Positions 29,889 through 38,986 of a stretch of 64,000 bases of DNA are shown piece after piece. The stretch is taken from the IMG/VR virus record IMGVR_UViG_3300047445_000186, positions 124,001 through 188,000 of that record. One strand, written 5' to 3'. How positions within the stretch are numbered: position 1 is the stretch's first letter; the number at the start of each line of letters is the position of its first letter. A program made the position numbers and the translations under genes. The notes under the pieces were generated by a model. It did no database searches and had not been told where the DNA came from. It saw only the letters and a program-made list of their open reading frames with translations.

Positions 29889-31333
29889 ACGTTCTGATCT
29901 TCACTTGCGTCTCTGGACGATTGTTCCAGCGCGCGATTGGAGCGTACCAGGTTGCTGGGTTTCTGCGGCAGCATGGGTACTCAGTGCAGGTCGTTGACTT
30001 CACAGACAACTTCACTGAACAGGAATTGAAGAAGGCCGTCGATCTTTACGTCGACGAGACAACCCTCGCTGTCGGCGTTTCAACCACGTTCTACAGTCAT
30101 CTCGAAAACAAGTTCATCGCCGCGAAGAAGACCTTCGACGCGATCATTCCACAGGAACTTGAGAACGCGATCGTGTACTCGAAGGAGAAATTCCCGAAAG
30201 TAAAGATCGTTTTCGGTGGTTCGCGATCACTGGCAGGCGAGGCAATGCCTTGGGTTGACATGGTCATTCACGGGTACGGTGAAGACAAGTTCCTGACGTA
30301 CTTGGATGGTCTGTCTGGGCGCGCACCAAAGATCTTCTCGATCGGCAAGCCCTTGCGCGTGATCATGGACGATCCGCCGAAGAAGCGATTCGACATCCAA
30401 GAGCTGAGCCATCAGTTCGCGCCACAGGACTTCGTTCTACCTGGTGAAACGCTCCCGATTGAAATCAGCCGTGGCTGTATCTTCAAGTGCAAGTTCTGCG
30501 CGTACCCGCTGAATGGCAAGAAGAAGATGGACTTCCTTCGTTCCGCTCAGTGCGTTCAGGAAGAGCTGTTGCACAACTACGAGAAGTACGGAACCACGTC
30601 GTACTTTATCGGCGACGACACGTTCAACGACAGCACATTCAAGCTAGAGGCATTGCACAAGGTAATCACCGAGCTGCCGTTCAAGCCGAAGTTCACGTGC
30701 TATCTGCGACTCGATCTGCTGTACGCTCATCGCGAACAGATCCAGCTCCTCGATGAGATGGGTCTTGCTTCACCGTTCTTTGGGATCGAATCGCTGAATC
30801 AAAAGTCAGCCACCTCGATCGGCAAGGGCATGAAGACTGGCAAGGTCAAGGATTTCCTACTCGAGCTCTATCACGATCACTGGCGCGGAGAGAAGCCATT
30901 CACGTGCTCGTTCATTGTCGGTCTGCCGCATGAGACCCGTGAAACCGTTCAAGAGACATTTGAGTGGGTGAAGAAGACTGAACTGAGCTCGACGTTCTTT
31001 CCGCTGAGCATCTCAATCAAGTCGTTCTACCAGTCCGAGTTCAATCGGAACTACAAGGATTACGGGTACGATCTGAAGGATCCAGAGACCGGGTACTGGG
31101 AGAGTGAGAATTTCACGCTCGATTCGGCCACTGAGATTGCCGAGCAGTTCAACAAAGAGCTGATGTACACGAACGATCGGCCGAGCTCTTGGTTCCTGAT
31201 GACGATGCTGAATCACGGGATGACCCTTGAAGAGGCACGAAAGGTCTTGGTGAAGGACCTGCCTTGGCCGAAGATTCTGCGGACAAAGCGGGACAAGGTC
31301 GCCGAGTACAAAAAGCTTGTTCTGCAGAGCTAA
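29879..31333 (+). CDS. Cobalamin-binding radical SAM enzyme (class B methyltransferase-like)
   Basis: N-terminal B12-binding-like domain; SRGCIFKCKFC; GIES; IVGLPHET. Confidence 0.88.
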   Translation: MGVNVLIFTCVSGRLFQRAIGAYQVAGFLRQHGYSVQVVDFTDNFTEQELKKAVDLYVDETTLAVGVSTTFYSHLENKFIAAKKTFDAIIPQELENAIVYSKEKFPKVKIVFGGSRSLAGEAMPWVDMVIHGYGEDKFLTYLDGLSGRAPKIFSIGKPLRVIMDDPPKKRFDIQELSHQFAPQDFVLPGETLPIEISRGCIFKCKFCAYPLNGKKKMDFLRSAQCVQEELLHNYEKYGTTSYFIGDDTFNDSTFKLEALHKVITELPFKPKFTCYLRLDLLYAHREQIQLLDEMGLASPFFGIESLNQKSATSIGKGMKTGKVKDFLLELYHDHWRGEKPFTCSFIVGLPHETRETVQETFEWVKKTELSSTFFPLSISIKSFYQSEFNRNYKDYGYDLKDPETGYWESENFTLDSATEIAEQFNKELMYTNDRPSSWFLMTMLNHGMTLEEARKVLVKDLPWPKILRTKRDKVAEYKKLVLQS

Positions 31334-31358
31334 ATATCCGGTTAAACTTGGAAGACTC

Positions 31359-31667
31359 ATGCACAAAGTTACCTACAAATACACGCATCCGACAGATGCC
31401 ACTGGCCTGATCTCGATGACGACAGAGGAACTCGCGTACCGCGACACGTTCCTGACATGGGCGTATCAGAACGGCCTCGTTGCAACAGAGACCAGCATTG
31501 TCGACACAAAGACGATCATGCACGAAGTTCTGTGGAGCAACAAGATCGCGTTCGACGCTTTCCGTGGTCACTTCGGTCAAGAGTACCACACGTTCGTTGA
31601 TAACATCCTCGCTCAAGTTGAAGCGAAGGGTGGCTCGCACGAACTGATCGAAGCTGACATCGCCTAA
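31359..31667 (+). CDS. Small hypothetical late protein
   Basis: TAAATA 31331. Confidence 0.6.
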   Translation: MHKVTYKYTHPTDATGLISMTTEELAYRDTFLTWAYQNGLVATETSIVDTKTIMHEVLWSNKIAFDAFRGHFGQEYHTFVDNILAQVEAKGGSHELIEADIA

Positions 31668-32374
31668 TGCTGTCACTGGATGAAGCTCAACGGGCGCTGA
31701 TTCTCAAGAAGCTTGCGCCCCTAGGACGTGTACCTCGGTACGATGCGGAGGCGCAGACCGTCACGCTCTCCGAGACATCAGCACGTCGCTTCATCATTGA
31801 TGGGACCGCGTGCACCCAGCGGCCGCGTTCAATCGCGCTCCAGGACCCAAAGGCGTACGATCCGTCTTATCTCGGATTTGGTATTCACGAAGCCCTCAGT
31901 GTTCTGATCCAAGACGACTACGCACTGTACGCGACTCTGTTCGACACCGTCAGACAGATCGATTCGACAGCAAGCACAATGTTCGGTTCATGCGAGCAGG
32001 CGGCGTTGATTCTGTCGCATAATTCATTCGGTGAAGAGCTGTTCCCGCATGTTCATGCCAGATCGATGATGGACACGCAGACTCTGTCGCTGTTCGTGAA
32101 TTTGACTGGGACTGACTCAGCAACCCTGACGCTATTCGATCCGGTCACTGAAGACTCACGAGTGTTCAAGAACGGATACACCGATCATCGCGTTGTTGCG
32201 GTGCACGCTCGGAAAGCCGATCAGCGTGAAATCAAGATCGAACACGGGTCATTCATCCTGTTCGACGCTGCGAAGACACCACACAAGTTCTCGTACAGCG
32301 ACGACATCTGGCTCACGTTCGTGTACGATCACGTCAATGGAGTCAGAGAAGATGTTCGCGCCAACTCCCTTTAA
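31667..32374 (+). CDS. Cupin/oxygenase-like protein
   Basis: PHVH...LFDAAKTPH. Confidence 0.55.
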   Translation: MLSLDEAQRALILKKLAPLGRVPRYDAEAQTVTLSETSARRFIIDGTACTQRPRSIALQDPKAYDPSYLGFGIHEALSVLIQDDYALYATLFDTVRQIDSTASTMFGSCEQAALILSHNSFGEELFPHVHARSMMDTQTLSLFVNLTGTDSATLTLFDPVTEDSRVFKNGYTDHRVVAVHARKADQREIKIEHGSFILFDAAKTPHKFSYSDDIWLTFVYDHVNGVREDVRANSL

Positions 32375-33107
32375 GATCCTTTTCGTTCAGCTCCTGGCAT
32401 GGATCGGTATTCCGGTCCTGCTTTGGTATGGTTCATGGGTGCACATCATCGGCGCCCTGCTGATGTACACACTGTACGGTGGTGCTGGAGTTTCACTGAC
32501 GTTCCATCGGATCCTGTCGCACGCTGCGTTCAAGTTGAATCCAATTGTGCGGAAGATCATGATCACGCTTGCGAGCTTCGCGAACGTCGGATCACCAATC
32601 ACCTGGGTTGCCGTACATCGAGCGCACCATCGGTTCGTTGACACTGAACGCGATCCGCATTCACCACATCACATGCCGTTCTGGTACATGATGTTCGGCA
32701 CGATGTACTCACAAGTCTCGGTGAAGTTCACTGTCGATCTGCTTCGTGATCCATTCTGTAGGTTCATCCATAAATACTACTTCGCAGTTCAGCTTCCATG
32801 GATCGTTCTGCTGTTCTTGCTTGGCGGGTGGAAAGCCGTTCTTGCGTTCCATCTCGTTCCAGGCGGAATGACATGGCTTGGCGGATCGCTCGTGAACTAC
32901 TTGAATCATCTACATGGGTACAAACCATTCGACGGTCAGGGAACTAGCACGAACAATCTGATCACTGGATTCTTGGTGTTCGGAGAAGGTTGGCACAACA
33001 TGCATCACGCGAAGCCGACCACACCGACTACGAAGCTGAATTGGTGGGAGTTCGATTTGGTTTACCAGATCGGCAGACTGATTGGAACACCAAGGGGCAA
33101 GAGATGA
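32352..33107 (+). CDS. Acyl-lipid/acyl-CoA delta-9-type fatty acid desaturase
   Basis: His boxes HRILSH, HRAHH..DPHSP, GEGWHNMHH; TM helices. Confidence 0.92.
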   Translation: MFAPTPFKILFVQLLAWIGIPVLLWYGSWVHIIGALLMYTLYGGAGVSLTFHRILSHAAFKLNPIVRKIMITLASFANVGSPITWVAVHRAHHRFVDTERDPHSPHHMPFWYMMFGTMYSQVSVKFTVDLLRDPFCRFIHKYYFAVQLPWIVLLFLLGGWKAVLAFHLVPGGMTWLGGSLVNYLNHLHGYKPFDGQGTSTNNLITGFLVFGEGWHNMHHAKPTTPTTKLNWWEFDLVYQIGRLIGTPRGKR

Positions 33108-33718
33108 TTTACTCAGTCGAGAACTGGGAGCTTGTTCAGCGTTTACGGGCTGACAAGCAGGCGTTGATGGATGAGTACACTGGCGCAGCGAACAGAACGC
33201 TGAACAAAGTGAACGCACTCACGAAGTCGAACAAGATGCTGTTCGATAAGCCGATGAGCGTGCTTCCATACATCTGGGATACTAGGCTCTGGACGGCCGA
33301 TGAAAAGATTGGTGCAAAGATCGACACAGTTGGTCTGCTTCAACCGCCGAACCCATTGCCAGTGGGGAACACGATCGTACAAGACTTCCCGTGCATTCGG
33401 CAATTCTTCTGGGCTTCACTGCTTCCAGGTGGAAAGATCAATCCGCACGTTGGCGTGAACGGCATTCTGTACAAGCGAATCCCTGATCATTACCGCATTC
33501 AAATCTGCTGGTTCCCAGGAACGGGCGCTGCATTTCACGTTCAAGATCGATTCATCGAGTACAAGGAAGATGCGTGCTTCGGCTTCGAAGACGGTAATGA
33601 GCTTCACTGGGTCGAGCATCATGGCGATCAAATCAGAACCACTCTCATTCTTGATGTGTGGCGTGATCAAGTACCTGCGCTGCGCGCACCTCATCCAGAT
33701 GCTGTTCTCAAAAGTTGA
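33104..33718 (+). CDS. Asp/Asn beta-hydroxylase (LpxO-like) oxygenase
   Basis: LLPGGKINPHVG...LHWVEHHGDQIRTTLILD. Confidence 0.75.
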   Translation: MIYSVENWELVQRLRADKQALMDEYTGAANRTLNKVNALTKSNKMLFDKPMSVLPYIWDTRLWTADEKIGAKIDTVGLLQPPNPLPVGNTIVQDFPCIRQFFWASLLPGGKINPHVGVNGILYKRIPDHYRIQICWFPGTGAAFHVQDRFIEYKEDACFGFEDGNELHWVEHHGDQIRTTLILDVWRDQVPALRAPHPDAVLKS

Positions 33719-34205
33719 TCTGGACATCTCGTTCACGAAGCAGGCACGTCGTGGAAAGTACGTGCTTAGCTACGGGCCGATCCATTACTACACCGTTCTC
33801 GGTAATCCATTCCCGTTCAAACTGATCAAGGCCTGGAAGCCGGACCTTGTGCGTTGGGTTGAGATCACTGGCACGCAACCAGCTGGTCCGCATCGTGATC
33901 ATGGGATTACGACCACGTTGAATTGCTACATGGATGCTCCGTCTGGCGAGACGAAATTCTGGCGTGAAGGCGCGAACAGTGCTCCATTCCGTGTAAAGGG
34001 CGCCGTGACATCGAACGGGTACGTGCAAAGCACACTGGATTTTGTTGATTCATTCAAGGCGTTCACGGGTGACGCGTACCTGCTGAACGTGTCTGAAATC
34101 CACTCGGTTGAGAAGGAAATCGACGTCAATCGGCGGTTCATCCAGCTCTCTTGGAACACCGTACCGTTCGACCAGGTTCTGAAGCTCGTTCAAACGCCGT
34201 TGTAG
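33699..34205 (+). CDS. 2OG-Fe(II)/cupin oxygenase-like protein
   Basis: PHRD...LLNVSEIHSV...R. Confidence 0.7.
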   Translation: MLFSKVDLDISFTKQARRGKYVLSYGPIHYYTVLGNPFPFKLIKAWKPDLVRWVEITGTQPAGPHRDHGITTTLNCYMDAPSGETKFWREGANSAPFRVKGAVTSNGYVQSTLDFVDSFKAFTGDAYLLNVSEIHSVEKEIDVNRRFIQLSWNTVPFDQVLKLVQTPL

Positions 34206-34221
34206 TAAAATTGGTTCCATC

Positions 34222-35250
34222 ATGGAACCGAAACTTCTGACACGCGATGCCTTCCGAGAAGGTGTGTTCGCACGGGACAAGCACAAGTGCGTGTTCTGCA
34301 GCGAGCCTGCTCAGGACGCGCATCACATTCTCGAGCGCCGTCTTTGGCCTGATGGCGGGTACTACCTCGAGAACGGCGCGTCTGTTTGCGGTGAGCACCA
34401 CATTCTGTGCGAGCAGACTGTCATTTCGGTCGAGCAAGTTCGCGATGCATGTGGCATTCGCCAACCGCACGTTCCTCCGCATTTCTACCCAGATCACCAG
34501 TACGACAAGTGGGGCAACCCTCTGCTCGATGGTGGCAAGCGCGGTCGTGGTGAACTGTTCTTCGACGAGTCAGTCCAGAAGGTCCTTGGCCAAGGTGGCG
34601 TGCTCGATCTGTTCACGTTGTACGCGAAGTACGGACGGACGTTCCATCTGCCATGGTCTCCTGGCATTCACGACGATGACAAGGCGCTGAAGGACTGCAC
34701 ACAGTTCGAAGGTAAGCGCGTGATCATGTCGCTGAAAGCCGATGGTGAGAACACCACTGGGTACTCGGACGGGCACATTCATGCTCGCTCGATTGACAGC
34801 CGAGGCGGTGAAGATCGCGCTTGGGTGAAGCAATTCCTGTCTGAGAACGTGTGCTACAACTTGCCTGAAGGCTGGCGAATCTGCGGTGAAAATCTGTGGG
34901 CCGAGCACTCGATCAAGTACAGCGACTTGAAATCGTACTTCTACGGCTTCAGCCTGTGGAATGAACGGAACGTCTGCCTCTCGTGGGACGAGACGATCGA
35001 GTATTTCGCTCTGTTAAACGTCACTCCAGTCGACGTGCTCTATGACGGTATCTGGGACGAGGCTGCGATCAGGAAAATCGAGAAGACGCTTGATCTTGAG
35101 AAGGTTGAAGGGTACGTGATCCGACTCGCTGAAGCGTACCCGTACAGCCAATTCAAGAGCTCGATCGCGAAGTTCGTCCGACCCGGGCACGTACAGACAT
35201 CTAAGCATTGGCGGGCAGGTAGCCGCTTCACACCGAACAAACTAGCATGA
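34222..35250 (+). CDS. HNH-like domain fused to ATP-dependent RNA ligase
   Basis: N-term CVFC..DAHH..C..HH; C-term KADGEN (motif I), ICGEN, EGYVIR, AKFVR. Confidence 0.85.
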   Translation: MEPKLLTRDAFREGVFARDKHKCVFCSEPAQDAHHILERRLWPDGGYYLENGASVCGEHHILCEQTVISVEQVRDACGIRQPHVPPHFYPDHQYDKWGNPLLDGGKRGRGELFFDESVQKVLGQGGVLDLFTLYAKYGRTFHLPWSPGIHDDDKALKDCTQFEGKRVIMSLKADGENTTGYSDGHIHARSIDSRGGEDRAWVKQFLSENVCYNLPEGWRICGENLWAEHSIKYSDLKSYFYGFSLWNERNVCLSWDETIEYFALLNVTPVDVLYDGIWDEAAIRKIEKTLDLEKVEGYVIRLAEAYPYSQFKSSIAKFVRPGHVQTSKHWRAGSRFTPNKLA

Positions 35251-35846
35251 GTGATCAACTTCCGTTCCTGTTCTCTGACACGTACACGCTCGAAGGGTAC
35301 GTTCCACCGTTCGGGTACTCAGACACGCTCCTGAATCTGGAGTCACGTCGAGTCCAAACCGGTGGCCGAGGCCGAATTCACTTCGGTGTCGGGTACGATG
35401 ATGACGAAGGCGAGCCAACGTACGAGCTGCGGTACTCGGTCACGGTTCTTGGTGTTCCAATGCCAGGTGATCACGACTCGGCGTACGGCGTGAATCGGAT
35501 CAGTCAACATGATGACAAGTTCACGATTGCCGCTAAGTGCGTGAACGCGTTCTTGGATAACAAATGGATGTGCGATAAGCATCCAGAAGCTGCGAAGTTC
35601 TTGAAGGAGAATGCGAAAGCGCTGAATCAGTCGAAGCGGTACTGGTCGGCACAAGAGCACCTGAAAGAGATAGCGAAAGAGAAGATCAAGCTCGCGCAGA
35701 TGCAGCGAAAGATTCAGCGTGCAGAGCTTGTTGCTCAGCTGAAGGCGTTCGAGGTTCTAGAGGGTCGGCAACTGAGCGACGAAGAGCGTCAGCAGAAGTG
35801 GGCCGAGATCAGTGGTGGCTTGCCGTACGGGGAGTATCAACCGTGA
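35247..35846 (+). CDS. Hypothetical protein
   Basis: ATGA coupling. Confidence 0.6.
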   Translation: MSDQLPFLFSDTYTLEGYVPPFGYSDTLLNLESRRVQTGGRGRIHFGVGYDDDEGEPTYELRYSVTVLGVPMPGDHDSAYGVNRISQHDDKFTIAAKCVNAFLDNKWMCDKHPEAAKFLKENAKALNQSKRYWSAQEHLKEIAKEKIKLAQMQRKIQRAELVAQLKAFEVLEGRQLSDEERQQKWAEISGGLPYGEYQP

Positions 35847-35918
35847 ATGAAGACGTTCGATACTACCTTGGCTTGGTGGTCCTGCTCACCCTTCTAGGCG
35901 TGCTCGTTCTGATCAGAT

Positions 35919-35951
35919 AAAAAGAAGGGTCTCCATTTCGGGAGACCCTTT
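35919..35951. terminator. Bidirectional terminator
   Basis: AAAAAG-AAGGGTCTCC-loop-GGAGACCCTT-T. Confidence 0.75.
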
Positions 35952-35987
35952 CAAAGCCCCGAACCAGCAGCGGGGCGGAGACATCCT

Positions 35988-36080
35988 AAAAAGGGGGCTC
36001 TCACTTCACACGAAATGAGAGCCCCAGAGTGAGCCAGCTGAGGAGGAGAAGAGGCTGCCTTGGAACAGCTGCTGGCTCAC
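35988..36080 (-). ncRNA. Putative ~93-nt antisense-strand sRNA with exposed CUUCUCCUCCU
   Basis: TGGATA-N17-TAGAAT promoter on - strand, 10-bp closing stem, terminator hairpin + U5. Confidence 0.6.
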
Positions 36081-36233
36081 GGTTTATTCTATCCAGACTT
36101 CCTGGGATTATCCACGTCCAGGTGAAACAGTCTGTAAGCGCTTCGCGCTTGAACCCGCTCTCAGGATCTCGTGCAATTGCATTGAAACATACAATGATGT
36201 TCTCGCATCAATTTTGTAATTTTGGAGTTTCAA

Positions 36234-36482
36234 ATGTACCTGCACACCGCCGAACCGAAGACCGCCGATCAACTGCTCGCTCGCCTCCGTGAGATCGAGC
36301 GTGGTGCCATTCGTCGCGCTACTCCCGACGGTCTGGAACAACTCCGCGTCGATGCATTCCGCGTTGATGGTCCTGTGTCGGTCGAGACGATGGCCGAAGT
36401 GAAGCGCCGTCTCGATGAAGACTTCGCGAACGCCGGCGATTACAACCAGGGTCAGTACATCGTTCACAAGTGGGCGAGCTGA
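36234..36482 (+). CDS. Hypothetical protein
   Basis: SD GGAG; TACAAT upstream. Confidence 0.6.
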   Translation: MYLHTAEPKTADQLLARLREIERGAIRRATPDGLEQLRVDAFRVDGPVSVETMAEVKRRLDEDFANAGDYNQGQYIVHKWAS

Positions 36483-36769
36483 TGAGCCGTGAGAAGCAAC
36501 AGGCGCTGATCGACATCTGCTTCGAACTCGTCAGTGTTTCACTGAACAGCGTGTTCCTTCAGAAGCTGGATCGCGAGAGCCGGATGGAGTGGGTCGCACA
36601 GCAGCTTCGCGACAGCGGTTTCGACACAGTTCCTTGTGGAGCGAGCTGGGGAGTCTTGAAGCCACCACCCCAGATCGAGTGCCCTGATTGCCGTGGCACT
36701 GGAGAACAATTCGGTTCGTTCGCATGCGATGAGTGCGATGGAGTCGGCACAGTGGAAGCACCAGAATGA
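36482..36769 (+). CDS. Protein with DnaJ-type CxxCxGxG zinc finger
   Basis: CPDCRGTG...CDECDGVG. Confidence 0.65.
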   Translation: MSREKQQALIDICFELVSVSLNSVFLQKLDRESRMEWVAQQLRDSGFDTVPCGASWGVLKPPPQIECPDCRGTGEQFGSFACDECDGVGTVEAPE

Positions 36770-37383
36770 TCGTTTACGTCACTCGCCCTGATAACCACGA
36801 GCTCGTCATGGGTGGGTGGCGTGATGTGCGAGTCTGGACAAAGAAGCCAGACTTCCATCACACCCCGGTTGGTGGCTTCAACCCGCTGCCGCATGAAGAT
36901 CCTCGCGCCACGTACCGTGATCAGGGCTGGGGATCCAATCGAGTCAATCATGGGCAGCCATTCAAGCCGCTCACGAAGCAGGACAAGGATCTTGAGCAGA
37001 ACGCTTGGAACCTGGTTGCCTGGTCCGCCTGCGCGAAGGGTGTCAGTCTCGAAGACTGGCAGACCTGGGCACACACGATGCCATTGAATGACGACGGCAC
37101 AGAGCAAGATCCGACGTGGGGGTACGACAACTGGTCGAATCTGATGTTCCATCGGACCAGAGATTCTGACCTCACTTCGAACGTGCACTACAAGCGATTC
37201 CTGATGGAGGTGAATCTGAAGACGGCCCAGTGCAAGATCATCGTGCCACGCGTTCACTGGTACGATCCGGACAATAAATCGCTCGGTGGCACGTATCACT
37301 CCGCCGAGACGCAAGAAATCTCGCATGATTTCGCAACTCGCATGAACTACGCGATCGCTGAAGACGACGACATCCCGTTCTGA
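36766..37383 (+). CDS. Hypothetical protein with SSB-like acidic tail (EDDDIPF)
   Basis: C-terminus read directly. Confidence 0.6.
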   Translation: MIVYVTRPDNHELVMGGWRDVRVWTKKPDFHHTPVGGFNPLPHEDPRATYRDQGWGSNRVNHGQPFKPLTKQDKDLEQNAWNLVAWSACAKGVSLEDWQTWAHTMPLNDDGTEQDPTWGYDNWSNLMFHRTRDSDLTSNVHYKRFLMEVNLKTAQCKIIVPRVHWYDPDNKSLGGTYHSAETQEISHDFATRMNYAIAEDDDIPF

Positions 37384-37420
37384 TCTGTATTTCATTTCAT
37401 AGAAGACCTACAATACACGC

Positions 37421-38257
37421 ATGACTATCAAATCAAAACACATTGCAGTCGGTGCAGCCGTTCTCGCAGTCATTACCTTCGTCGCCTTCGTTTGTACGTG
37501 GCTGATGTTCATGCACACCGAGACGGTCGATCCTGGCTACCATGGCGTGATCATCGACAAGCCATACTTCGGCGGCCATCAAGGTGTTCGAGACGAACCA
37601 CTGAAAGAGGGCCGGATTCTGCTCTTCCGCACCTCCTCGGTCGAGGACGTTCGAATGACGCCACAGTCGCACGTCGTGAAGGTCGATGACTACTCGTCGA
37701 AGGACAACATTCTGCTTGACTTTGAAACCACGATCCAGTTCCGAATCACGGATGCTGTGAAGCTGGTTGACAAGTTCGGTGCAGGTTGGTTCGACAACAA
37801 CATCAAGAATCAGTACCTGGCGATCGTGCGAGAAGCCGTGAAACGGAAGACGATGACGGAGATGATGTCTGATGTGAATGCTGCGCAGCAGATCGATGAC
37901 GAAGTCACGAAGGGTCTGCAAGCACTGGTCACGAACTCCAATCTGCCGATCGAGATCTTGAATGTGTCTATGGGCCGTGCAAAGCCGAACGAGAACGTGC
38001 TCGCTCAGATGAACGAAACCGCTGCGCAACAGCAACGGAAGAAGACACTGATCGAAGCTGAAGCGGCTGAAGTGCAACGTAAAGCCGAGCAGACAGCGAA
38101 GGCTGCAGCTGATAACGCGTACCGCAATGCGATGGGTCTCTCGCCAGAGATGTTCATCCAGCTTGAGAGCATCAAGCGGTACTCCGATGCTTGTGCAAAG
38201 TCTGCGCACTGTATCGTGACCTCCGGCCAGACGAACATTCAAGTACCGGTGAAGTAA
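37421..38257 (+). CDS. SPFH/band-7 (prohibitin-like) membrane protein
   Basis: N-terminal TM, VDPGYHGV, SKDN, coiled-coil C-terminus. Confidence 0.85.
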   Translation: MTIKSKHIAVGAAVLAVITFVAFVCTWLMFMHTETVDPGYHGVIIDKPYFGGHQGVRDEPLKEGRILLFRTSSVEDVRMTPQSHVVKVDDYSSKDNILLDFETTIQFRITDAVKLVDKFGAGWFDNNIKNQYLAIVREAVKRKTMTEMMSDVNAAQQIDDEVTKGLQALVTNSNLPIEILNVSMGRAKPNENVLAQMNETAAQQQRKKTLIEAEAAEVQRKAEQTAKAAADNAYRNAMGLSPEMFIQLESIKRYSDACAKSAHCIVTSGQTNIQVPVK

Positions 38258-38952
38258 TGTACGACCTGAACGCAACAATTGACAAGATCTTCTCGCTCGC
38301 GAACCGAGACAAGAAGGCCTCGTACGGTCTGCTGGACCTGACGACTCGCCTCGGCAATCTTGCCCTGACGATCGAAGCTCAAGACAATAACGAGCCTCAC
38401 CGGGGCCTCGCAGGTGAGTCGGCCGAAATGGTGATGAGCGCTATTGCTGTGATGGGCCGGGTGCTACAGGGCCACCCTGATGCAACGCAGGTCATGTGCG
38501 GCCTACTGCGAACTCGGATCGAGCGCTGGAACGATGGTCTGCCGCCTCCCGGACCGAGCGTCTCGACGAACGGTATCCTGCAAGCAATCGCCATGCGTCG
38601 GAACAACATCGAGTCGATCGATCTGCCTGAGCCTCCGGCTCCTCCAGTGATCACAATAAAGGTCGCGCCCAAGGTTCCTGATCCAGCTCTGCTCGGTACT
38701 GGCCGTGTGTACGTCACGATTCGGAAGCATCCACTCGGAATGCCTCAGCCGACTGGTACTCGTCGCGTATACCGCATGGATCAGAACGGTGAAATCCTTC
38801 GGATCGGGATCGGCAAGGAAGGTAATCAGGGCTGGACGGTGAACGTGAACAATTTCCAACCAACGTTCCTGACGTTCCGATTGGAGCACGACCGTGGTCG
38901 AGCAGTGCCGATGCTCGAGGCGCTGGAATATTTCAAACGACACAACCAGTAA
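38257..38952 (+). CDS. Hypothetical protein
   Basis: TAATG coupling. Confidence 0.55.
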   Translation: MYDLNATIDKIFSLANRDKKASYGLLDLTTRLGNLALTIEAQDNNEPHRGLAGESAEMVMSAIAVMGRVLQGHPDATQVMCGLLRTRIERWNDGLPPPGPSVSTNGILQAIAMRRNNIESIDLPEPPAPPVITIKVAPKVPDPALLGTGRVYVTIRKHPLGMPQPTGTRRVYRMDQNGEILRIGIGKEGNQGWTVNVNNFQPTFLTFRLEHDRGRAVPMLEALEYFKRHNQ

Positions 38953-38986
38953 CGTAAATAAGGCTGACTTAATTTAAGATTCAGCC

